Of a stretch of DNA of 64,000 bases, positions 51,893-62,307 are shown one piece after another. Numbering within the stretch: position 1 is the first letter of the stretch; each line of letters begins with the position of its first letter. The translations under genes were made by a program, and so were the position numbers. Source of the stretch: Psammoneis japonica (Eukaryota). The stretch lies in NCBI GenBank assembly GCA_008632985.1, contig QPGO01000159.1, forward strand, positions 1-64,000. The letters are read 5' to 3'. A model generated the notes under the pieces. That model had not been told where the DNA came from and made no database searches. It saw only the letters and a program-made list of their open reading frames with translations.

Positions 51893-53122
51893 TCACTGCG
51901 TCTTTGCACTTTCGTGCACAACAAGTACCTTAGTTCTAGTTGGCAATTGGTCAGTTCCTTTGTATGGTCGTGACTGCCTTTTGAGACGAAGCAAGTCGGA
52001 CGATTTCATTTTTCCATACAGCTCCAGTATCATTCGAAAGTACGCTCGCCAAAGGAGCAAACGTGACTCCACATTAAAGCTTGGCGGGATACACTTGATA
52101 AACAATTCCCTCAACGGCAGACTCTTTTTTGTAGTGGATAGGATATCTTCTAGAATTCTTCCGCACCAATGCAACACCTGTATAGCGGTGAAATTCACCA
52201 GGTAGAGCCCCTCAAGTAAGCTGACAAAATTAAACCAATTCTGCCCCGGACGGGTCATACACCCATGCGCCTTTTTGTTCTCACGAAAGTCAATCTCTTC
52301 AGTTGGCATGTTGGATTTCTGAGCATCATCAGTGGTAAGTCGGTTGTATTTGACGAATTCAATAAGCAGCTCCTTATTCATACTGCGCATTTTGCTGCAA
52401 GATATGACCTTTAGGAGAAGCCACCCTGCAACACTGTACAATTTTCCTTCATATCCACTCAATCGCTCCTGGAGAATAGCTGTGTCAACGTCTGAATCCA
52501 ACTCTGGTGTCACATCGTGCAATACCGTCTTAGACCATTCGGCATACATGTCATAATGAAATTGGGCAAAGAAGCATCTAAGGCGAATTGCTTGGTTGTC
52601 GGACTCTGAGTTGAAACATGAGATAATTTTCTGTAGGAAGCATTCCCGCAAGACGACGTGGATTTCATGCCATTGGTTGTTGATACGCCTGTCAATTGTT
52701 TGAGGCGTCGCCCCTCCCAGAGTCTGGCAAACTGCATTTTCAAAGCTAGGTATCTCCTGAGCAGCAAGCAACTTGAACTCTTCTTTGCTTGCAAAGTCCA
52801 TGATATCCGAATAATCAACGTTTGTTTTGGATACTTCCTCCTGAGTATTCTTTGCCGCCCGCCCCACTACAGACAGCATGTCATCACGGTCATCTAGATG
52901 CAAGACCTGACGAATCTCATCGACATCATCCACCTTGAATGTTGGTGGAGGGACAATACCCCGTGCTTTTCTAAATGCAAGCCATCGTTGTGACTGGTAC
53001 CGGCGGTTGGAAAGTATATTGAGCCGTATGAGCAACTCGTCAAAGGAGGTGTCGCGTCCTTTCCGTGGTAGCGGTTTGTTTATGTTCCACCTTGTCGTGA
53101 ATCCACGGTCATACACACACAC
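51893..53122 (-). CDS. Second gene of the P-like element, hypothetical; probably extends to the acidic ORF 53149-53391
   Basis: 409-codon ORF with normal Tyr content, ending ~20 bp from the transposase stop; motif LYSVAGWLL...GCMTRP...FVSLLE. Confidence 0.75.
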   Translation of the reverse strand: MCVYDRGFTTRWNINKPLPRKGRDTSFDELLIRLNILSNRRYQSQRWLAFRKARGIVPPPTFKVDDVDEIRQVLHLDDRDDMLSVVGRAAKNTQEEVSKTNVDYSDIMDFASKEEFKLLAAQEIPSFENAVCQTLGGATPQTIDRRINNQWHEIHVVLRECFLQKIISCFNSESDNQAIRLRCFFAQFHYDMYAEWSKTVLHDVTPELDSDVDTAILQERLSGYEGKLYSVAGWLLLKVISCSKMRSMNKELLIEFVKYNRLTTDDAQKSNMPTEEIDFRENKKAHGCMTRPGQNWFNFVSLLEGLYLVNFTAIQVLHWCGRILEDILSTTKKSLPLRELFIKCIPPSFNVESRLLLWRAYFRMILELYGKMKSSDLLRLKRQSRPYKGTDQLPTRTKVLVVHESAKTQ

Positions 53123-54258
53123 TTCTGGAAGAATTCATCCAGCTCTCTTCAAATCATTGCGTAGTCGAGAGTCGAAGTACTGCTATCGGCCTGATTCATT
53201 GCGTTGATTCCTGTTGGCGGCGGCGGTGGTGCTAGTTGTTGTTGCTCACACATTTCTTGATACTCTGCGCCCATGTTTTCCATCTCGTCCCTGGAGAACT
53301 CATTCTCATTTTGCGCATCATCAACAGAGATGACTTCTTCTTCATAGAGGGCATCAGCCTCGTCAAAATGATGCTCAGCAGGGCCACTCATCGTGAACTA
53401 CACACACGCACTTCAATACAGAGAAGCGATCTGTGTTGGCTGCAGAAAATCTGTTTTCGAAAGTCGCAATTTCCGTTGTCGTAGAGGCTACGAGCTGATT
53501 GGTAATGTTGCTATACATATACTTTAGAGCATTAATAATGAACATTAAGTAGCCGCTCATATCCATCAAATGTCTCCCGGCCAGACAGACGGTGTCCCGC
53601 CTAGGTTTACTCTGAGCCTGTGCATTTTCGGCTCTACTGACGTCAGGTATGTACACAGGTATGGTCCAGTTTGGGCAGGGTCTAAGCAGTATGACAACGT
53701 ATTTTGATTAATCAAATGTATATGATGAAAAACAGACCTCAATACATAAATCATTATGTCACAGTCATCACGAATGTTTATATGTCTTAGCCAACATATT
53801 CCATCCACAAACATTCCGTCCACTAACGTCATGTCTAACGGATCACAGCTCTGGTCTCCAAGAGCATATCGTTCATATCCATGAATATTGATATATATAT
53901 ATATAAAGGACTCAGCGATTACGCGAGCAACCATGGGACCAACATGGCGCTTACGGCAAAAAATCGATCGATCGCAACGATACCGTCGTACCGTTCGCGA
54001 TGCCCGTTCCAGGCGGTGAACATCATAGCGTATTGGCTCTGATAAAGTGAATAAATGCTACCATGATAGCTAAGAATCGGGTGTAAGACAAGACGGAGTG
54101 TTGAACAGCATCAACAGGTTCTAGAATTGTGAGATGTTACGCTACTGGGACCACTAAATAAGCGATAGTGGACCAATCGCCAATGGTATATAAACTGCCT
54201 ATATTCGTGACAGCACATCAGCATTTATTCATTTCTGTTCCTCCTCCTGCCCTCTAAA

Positions 54259-55153
54259 CCAAAAGGTAATCACAAAATTCAACAATCTATGACTGTGTGT
54301 TTACACAGCTGCTCATCCTGCTAAGTGGCAAAGGTTTTTCTCTACTCTGCCTGTTCACCTCTAGCTAGCAGAGCCAGCTCCAGCTTAGCTCCAAGGAGAG
54401 TAAAATCATTCTGCTAGCTAGCTACACTGAAAGGTAATCACAAAATTCAACAATCTACAACTGTGTGTTTACACAGCTGCTCATCCTGCTAAGTGGTAAA
54501 GGTTTTTCTCTGCTCCACCTGTTTGCCTCTAGCAGAGTAGAGGCAGCTCTGGCTTGGCTCTGAGACCAGCAGAATCATTCTGTTTACCAGCTAGAGATTG
54601 GAGCTCACTCTAGAGAGTAGCTAGCTGGCTTCTCTCTGCTGGAGCAGTGGCCAGAGCAGAGAGTTCAGCAAGCTTCTTCAGTTTTCCACTGAACGTTCTA
54701 AGCCCAGGAGATTTTTCACAAGCTCGAGGGTCTTGGGTGGTAGAGCCCCAGGCACCATCAGGGACACAAAGCAGAGCAGGTGGGAAATGATGCCTTGCAA
54801 TGGTGCATGATGTCTTTCATGAGGTAAGTCTGTCCTTAATGCTGGGCATGCAACTTGCAGCTGCAAGAACAAACAACCACTTAATGAGGGATGTGCTTGT
54901 CAAGGGGTCAAAAAGGTAAATCGGCACATGGTTGCTCGGCCCAAATGTCACTGCTGCCGAGACACCGCACAGCACATCTGAAGCTTGAACCTTGTTTTCT
55001 AGTGTTTTGCATCTCCACATGTGCAGGTAAAATGACCAGTCATGGTTGCTGCATAGTTGGTTGGGGCAAGAAGTGCTTGTCTTTTCTCATAAGATGTGCA
55101 CTTTTTGTTGGCACCATGTCAGAGCGTGTGTTGTTTGATTTTTTGTTTTTCCC
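54259..55153 (+). repeat. Second copy of the interior of the 9002-10848 element
   Basis: Matches 9938-10690, including the tandem units and the HGCSAQMS block, with an extra ~170 bp. Confidence 0.88.
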
Positions 55154-55762
55154 AGAGTGGAAGGTGTGGGAGACATGAGGGGCAGCAGGAGGCATCAAAG
55201 TAGCTGCCAAATTGGAGAGAGAAGATGGTAAAGGCATGCAAGAGAAAGAGGTGGCAAAGGGTGGTGGGACCACAGCAACATCAGGAGCACCAAAAGAGTT
55301 CTCAAAGGCAATTAGGGAGGCAGGAACCTGACAGACAAAAGGAACGGGGAGTTTGCCAGCAGCTTCATAGTCACAGAGGCATGCGCAAATGGAACCGGCA
55401 AGGGCTGGGGATGGTGTGAAAATTCTTGGATCAACAGCATAAGCAAGTGCCAGGAAGGGAAAGAATGATGGATTAAAAGTGGCACCAAGCTTGTGAAGGA
55501 AGCGGCAGACCCGGGGAGGGCAGGAAAATGATGGGAGTCTGGGAAGAGAGCCAAATGGTCAAAGAGGAACCAGGCAAAATGGGGTGGCAGCAAAAGGATC
55601 ACAGTCAGAATAGGAAGAAGATTTGGGTGGGCAGCAAGCAGAGGCAGGGTGGTGTCATGCCAGGAGAAGTCTGGCAAATCCATGTCAGAGAGACACCGAT
55701 GTAGCAGAGGAACAGAGGCAAGAGATGCGGTGAGTCTTGGGGATGCCAGGTCTGAGCAGAGT
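55154..55762 (-). pseudogene. Probable LINE fragment
   Basis: Only compositional evidence: pyrimidine-rich minus strand like the LINE segments. Confidence 0.35.
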
Positions 55763-55764
55763 CA

Positions 55765-56520
55765 AAGAATGGGGTGCATGCAGACCTTCTTGTGTCCCGC
55801 TGGAGCATTGGAGTCCTTACAGTGCCTGCAGTCTTGGAAGACTTTGCACTCATCAAGTTGATTCATCTCAAGGTCCATTGCATCTCCCCACTTGCAGTTG
55901 CCATTGCACTCATCCATGGCCAGGGCATGCTTGTAATCACATGGCACTTCTCATCCACACTTGCAACATGGAGCAGTGCAAAACGAGTGCAGCTTGGCTT
56001 GGTTGGCCATGTGGAACAGTTTCTGCTGGCACAGACCCATTTTCCGAAAACGCTTCCATTCCTCAGTTTTGAGGAGGCCATGCTCACGTGCATAGATGGC
56101 ACATGTAATGGGACCATCCTTGGCAATGAGGGCAAGGGGTTCAGATGTGATCTCCCCACTTTCCCATTCAAGTGTGACATTGCAGCTTGAGCCTTTCCAG
56201 GAGGGGTTGTGAGGTCTCAATGGTCCTTCATGTGACACAATACATCAGAATTTCCAGATGGTGATGTTGTCTCCTTCTTGCTCCATGTGGTGGATGATGT
56301 CATTGCAGTCAAGGATTTCCTCATGCTCATCGTTGTTGATGGATCAGATGAACTTGATGAGTTCCGGGTTGTTGCCAATCTCCCAGTTGTGGTCTTTGAT
56401 GGCTTTGAAATTTTGGGCCCTGTAGCGCTGTCTGTTCTCTTGTGCTTTCCTGAGGAAGGTACATCCAACTATGTTCTCGGGGTCAAAGACTGGCATCTTG
56501 GGCATCCCGATCTCCTCCCC
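55765..56520 (-). pseudogene. Copia-1 pol fragment
   Basis: Reverse-complement match to ~28066-28815 (EWESGEITSEPL, KWGDAMDLEM). Confidence 0.9.
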
Positions 56521-57745
56521 TGTAAAACTTGCTGAGACAACTCACATGACAAACAAATCACAACAGGAATGCTGCTTTCGAAAATGAGCCATGACACAAA
56601 ACTCAAAAATTGCTTGAGGTTGTCCGCAGAATCTGCCACACATTGTGTGCCTAAATTGCTGTCTTCTCACAATTTTTTGTGCAAAGATAGACTTGACTGT
56701 CATCTGATCAGGTGCATTGTTGCAAATACATTGTTCTAAAATGTGCCTGATCAGTCAACAGTCAAGTCCATTTTTCACAAATTAATGTTTTTCTCAGCAA
56801 CATTTGTGCAAATATTTGCTGTACAAGCAGGGAAAGTTTTGTGAAAGTCTGTCCATTAAGCACTCATTTGGAGGATGGTCAGTCACTTGTTGATTTCACA
56901 AATGATGTTGAAGAGCACCAGAGCATTTGGTTGCTGATGGAGCAGGAGAGTTTGCTTGCAAAAGAAAAGAATTTATGAAGCATGCAAGAAGAATGAGGAT
57001 CCGATTACATGCAACAGAACATGAAAGGAACAATCAAAATTATGTGGCTGAGAGATTTGAATGTCATCACACAGCAGGAAAGAGGTGTGGCAGTTGAGAA
57101 TGACCTAAAAGAAAGCACCAAAACGTTCATGAGATTTTGGACTGGTCTTTATATGAGGTGGAACTGCTGTGGTGCATGGCACATGGAAAAGACTGATGAA
57201 CTGAGTTTGAAGAGGTCACAGGATGAACACCTGAAATAGGGGAATATTTGGATTTATGAATTTTGTTATCTTGTTTGGAGGTGGGATCACCCTGACAAAC
57301 TCAATGTTTGTAATGATCTAAGGAGACCAGTGCATTGGCTTGGCACATCTCACAAAGTTGGCTCAGACACATGCTGTTTGTTGATCACTGAGGAGGAGAG
57401 TGTGGAAGATGCACTTCAGATTGATGAGGAGGTTGCAAGGCCATCAACAAGGAAATGTCAAAAGTGAAGGTAGCATGGAATGAAGAAGATGGTTGCACTC
57501 CAGAACAGATCAGACAAGGCAAGAATCCAAGTGTGGTTGGGTGTCAAGATATTGCAAATCACCCAGTCTTTGATGTCGACATGGATTTTATGAGGAAAGC
57601 AACCCCCCAACCCCAACCCTGCACAAGAAGCACAATGCAACAAACAATCACATGGTGCAAGAAGCTGTTGCAGTGGGTGTTGTGAGAGTTGGAAAGGAAG
57701 ATGGTGGTGAAAAAACTTAGCGGATGTTTTGCTGCTCAGAAAAGA
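56521..57745 (+). pseudogene. Highly decayed, deleted Copia relic (third family)
   Basis: MSKVKVAW...TPEQIRQGK...VGCQDIANHPVFDVDMDFMRKA and RNase H-like HMVQEAVAVGVVRVGKE. Confidence 0.65.
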
Positions 57746-57796
57746 TAGAATGCATGCTTCTTTAATTTGTTTTGGAAGGTCCAGACACCATGGTGA

Positions 57797-58754
57797 GGCC
57801 AACCCTGGCCAAGCAAAAAAGGAAAATGAAAAAGAGCCAGCCTCAACTCTTTTTTCGTTTTGTTGTTTTGTTGACCTAACCAGCATGAAAAACAACAAGA
57901 GCCAAACATCCGTGTGTCTTGGGCATTGCTGATGATAAGAAAAGCAAGAGGCCCAACATGACAATGAAGATGACAGCCCAGGATGGCATCAAAGTTCCAC
58001 CTATGACAATGAGAATAACACCATTAGAACCACCATAATTTTCTTAGCATGCGGGTGCTGTTTCTTGTTGTGTTCAGTGCAAATGCAAGAGGCTCATGGG
58101 GTGACTTAAGTGGTTGTCACGTGGAAAGTTTTTGTGCACTTCTCAGGCCATTTCAAGCTCTTAATCTAAAAGCAAACAACACAAGAATAGCACCATTGAA
58201 CAAGTCACATCTAAATTAGTCAGTGTGGTTATTTCTGTGTCATGACAGATCTGCATCAGAGACCTTGTGTATTGACTCTCTATGATGCACATCAAAACCG
58301 GCAAAATCATTTGAAGACAAAAGGTTGGTTGTAAAAGGACTGCAGCAGCATGCTTCACCATTGCCTACAAGAGACACATTATGTCTACTTCACATCATTG
58401 ATTGGTGTTGATTCTAAAGTCGTGATGTTGAAAGAAGTCATCAAAAACAAACACAGACTGCCACATGCCAGCAACTTGATGTGGTGCGTGAGGTGAACTT
58501 TGGTTTGCTTTAAGTGTCCGGTGTAAACCAAAATGCATGTACATACTGTGTGACAGCACATGGCCCACATCACTCTTTTTTCTCTTTTTTCATGCTTCTG
58601 GGTTGTGATAAAAGAGTTATTTTGGCTGACTTGAAAAGAGTCATTTTGGCCGACTTGAAAAAGAGTCAAGGGTGAAAATCTGGGCAAGGCAGTTTGAGCT
58701 TTTCCAGCTATTTTGTCTTTTTCATTTTCTTTTTTTGCTGGGCTAGGGTTGGCC
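57797..58754. mobile_element. MITE-like element with GGCC termini (Harbinger/Tourist-like)
   Basis: ~40-bp imperfect TIR ggccaaccct(g/a)gcc(a/c)agcaaaaaa(g/a)gaaaatgaaaaaga; TGA on both sides (57794-57796, 58755-58757). Confidence 0.7.
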
Positions 58755-61373
58755 TGACTGGTCAGAAAGATGAAAACACATGCTTTAAAATTTGTTTTAG
58801 CAGGCCCTGATGCCAAGGCCAGAGACCTGGGGTACATTGACCATTGTGTTCTTACCTCCCAGACCAAGTGTCACTTTGTGGCTGTAAGCTTGGGTTGTGT
58901 GTTTTACTTCCTACAAGGAAGATGTTTCAGTGATTTGACTGGCTGACTCAGCATCGGCTCACGGGGACCAAATGAATTGTGATGGTCTGACTGACTGTTT
59001 GTTCAGCAATTGCATTTGCATGTGGTGTGACATGTGTCAGATGTTTTCAATGCTTGACTTTGGCCATAATTTTTAGTTTCTAATCATGGTGTTGATGTTG
59101 AGTGTTCTTTAGATGAATTCTGGGTCCATTGGATGCACTTTCCTACATCAGCCATGTGACAGGTCAATGCTGGTGGGGAGGGACCCTGTGTCAGTCTTCA
59201 ATCTAATGGCAACTGTCCATTGCCAATCCAGGGGGTTTACACAGACCCAACCCAAAAAACAGGTTTTTTGACAATGTCAAAAAACTGGACCATGACTTTT
59301 TGTTACACTCCCTGTGCATTGCACAAGTGGTTCATGGTGGTTCACTGTTTTCGGGGTTGTCTAATGTGCAAACAGCCCAGAGTGTAAAAGCAATCTCATT
59401 CATCATTTTTCAACTTTTTGACCATTTCTGAGTGTCAAACATTGATGTCACTACACAGTCTTTTTTTGAAGGGGTTTTGGGGAGTTTGCAAATGGGCTAA
59501 ATGCATCACACAACACATCTGTTGCTCTAAATTCTCATGCTGACAAAAACAAGCAATTCTGGGTTGCTGTTTTCTTAGTTGTTGTCACTGTTTTTGAGCA
59601 TGCCATGGTTGCTGTGGTGTGTTGTGATTGATGGTAACATGAGATTCATAGGGACAGAAAAGAAATGACCCCAATGGAGGTGTTTCTTGATGTTTTTTTT
59701 GATGCGTGTTGTGTGATGACATCATCACATGTGATGTCAATGTTGCACTGTGATGCTTTTCATGATGACATCATGCCACTGTTGACACTTAAATGCATGA
59801 AACAGGATGATGTCAATGTGATTAATGACTCAGTGGGTTGGCAAAATCTTTGGACAATCCACACCAGGTCATTACCCCATTTCTATGAGCACTTCCCACA
59901 CAAAAATTGTGCAATGTACTGTGAAAGAATTGAAGCTCCAAAGCCTGACATTGTTCTTTTGTTTCTTGCTGTGCCATCCCCAAGTTGCACCCACCAAAAT
60001 GGCACCCATCTGTTGCCCTTTGCACCACTGCCACAAACTCCCCTGTCCTCAAACCAATGGCCTTCAGGGCCAAGAAGGCCAGAGCACAGGGGCAGGTGGT
60101 TGCCAAAGAGACTGTGCTCCTCAGTGCAGTGTTTTGGTTGGAATATTTTGTTTGGAAGAACAACACAAAAACAGAGCCTTGGCCAAGCACTGGAGTGTTT
60201 TGCAAAATGCACAGTTGTCCACTGCATTTTGAGGCATCCATCCACATCAATTTTTTGTCATGGGGAAAAAAGAGTGGTTCTGGCTGCTCAGCTCTGCGGG
60301 TGTGTGACAGTCAAGCAGCCTGACAGACAGACAAGCATGACAGGCCCTGCCCATGTTGCAAAGTAAGGCAATGGTGTTGGCAGCATGTTGGTTTTGGTGC
60401 CACCACTCTTTGCTTATTTGCACAATGCTGAAGTTTCTTGTGGGAGAATGTGACAAGAAACAAGAAGCTCGCAAACAAGCACAGCAGGCTTCACACTGCA
60501 AAGCAAAGCAAAGCAACAGCTTGAGTGGCATCTCAGATTTGCACAGCAATGCTCCACATCACCACTGTGCAAGGCAGAAATTTCTCACTCAACAATGGGG
60601 TCATGCCAACATTTGCTGTGGCCATTGCTTTTTCAACTGGCACTTGCTGGGCCAACATCTGACAGGGGCTGCTGTTGTTTCAAGGGCACTTTTGAGGCAC
60701 ACCTGCATGCAAACTCACTGAGAATGGTGTGAACTGGAAATCCAAGTGAGCAAACACACTGTCAATGACTGAGTGGACACAGCCCAAAATGTGAGACCAG
60801 CACAAAGTGCTCTCCACCAATGGCAGTGTTTTCACATGGGTGCCATGCTCCAGTCTTTTCTAGAGATGCTGATTTTTTGCACCTGGTGAAAACAGCTCTT
60901 TCCTGACAACATTGCTGAAAAAAAAAGAAGAGCACCAAGCAGCTTTCAAGGAACAGCCTGTGTGACTGGAGATGCAAAGAAGCCACTCAAAGCAAGGCTC
61001 AAAAGTGCTGCCCAGGGAGGCAACACAGTGCTGCCACCCTCCCTGGGCAAATTCTGAGGGCTGAAGCTGGCTGCTCTCCTCACTTTTGTGTGCACTTGCA
61101 CCCAAGACATTTTTTGTGGTGATGAGAGCTTCTTCTCTTTCTGAGGAGAGTTGGTCATGATCACCCATGAAAGGCTAACCCGAAAGTAACCCACCAAACT
61201 TTGTTGAGTGAAATGACTCCGATGATGGATCGCCGGCCTGTCAATGTTCAATGACCTTCCTGGAAGAAAATGCTGGCTTTTCTCCTTCTCGCATCTGTGT
61301 GCAGCACTCCATTACAACAACAACAAAAACAACAACAACCATCTGCCATTGTTGTATTTTATAACCCCCGGTC

Positions 61374-62300
61374 ATGGTGTCCACCAGCTCTTCTCCTGAC
61401 AACGAAGTTTTCATCAACAATGTTGAAGTGACTGACATTGAAGGTGATGACAACAGCAATGACCATGATGCCAACAGTGACCCAAACAAGAGCAATGCCC
61501 ATGACAGCAATGCCAATGAGTGCACTGATGACAGTTCACACCAATCTGATGATGATGACACCACTGACAAGGATGACCAGACCATGGACCCTTCAGAATG
61601 GCTCAGGAAGTCATGGCTGCTGATGGGGTGGCTGACAAAGTCACCACTGGCTCTCCCTCCAACCCACCCAAATCTTCTGCTCATGATGCTCATGCAAGTC
61701 TGCCTGCATCCCGCCTGGATTCGTTGTCTTTTGTTTCAATCCCAATGTTCATGGAAGGCCACTGCATTCACTCTCAGGAGTGCCCCCTCAAGGAGCAAAG
61801 CAAGGAGCTTGTTGCAAAGGACCGGCTGACTGCCAATCTTTGTTGTGAGATTGACAGCTTGCCCCCATCCAAGGATGAGATTCTGGATGGCTCTGAAAAC
61901 CAACAGTGCTTGGATGGATTCAAGCAAAAGTGTTGAAAGATGTTTCCTGTTGGTCATCATTTTGCCAGCAACAAACAGCTGCACCAGGCTGCGGTCCACT
62001 TCGTCAACATGTGGGCTGTGAGCTGTGTCCTTGATGGCAAGAGGGTGGTCTGTCAATTTTCTGACACAAAATCTGAAGCTTACAAACAGCACAAGAGGAA
62101 AGTGTGTGTGCCTTGAGGAGTGTTGTTACTTTGTGCTCCTGCAGTCCATGGAGGAAATGATGGATGGAAAATGGTCCATCAAAGACGTTTGCTTTTTATT
62201 TGCCGACCAAATGCTGACCCAAGGTTTCTCCTTTGGTGTGATTGTTGTCACACATTTCTCAAAGTGTGGCCAAAGCAAGGAAACTTTGGAGTGTGTTCCA
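61374..62300 (+). pseudogene. Decayed gene, possibly the N-terminal part of a MULE-like transposase
   Basis: Acidic N-terminus followed by FPVGHHFASNKQLHQAA..F...WA; family assignment is from memory and weak. Confidence 0.3.
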
Positions 62301-62307
62301 CTGTGAG

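Larger units (their letters stand above)
48645..53682. mobile_element. TIR element with a P-element-type transposase and a convergent second gene
   Basis: Bipartite inverted repeats 48645-48699 and 53638-53682; TAA on both sides (48642-48644, 53683-53685). Confidence 0.75.

Noticed and set aside
59231..59285. GGGGG start with a 10-bp hairpin as a transposon end
   Set aside because: No partner terminus or TSD found in the window
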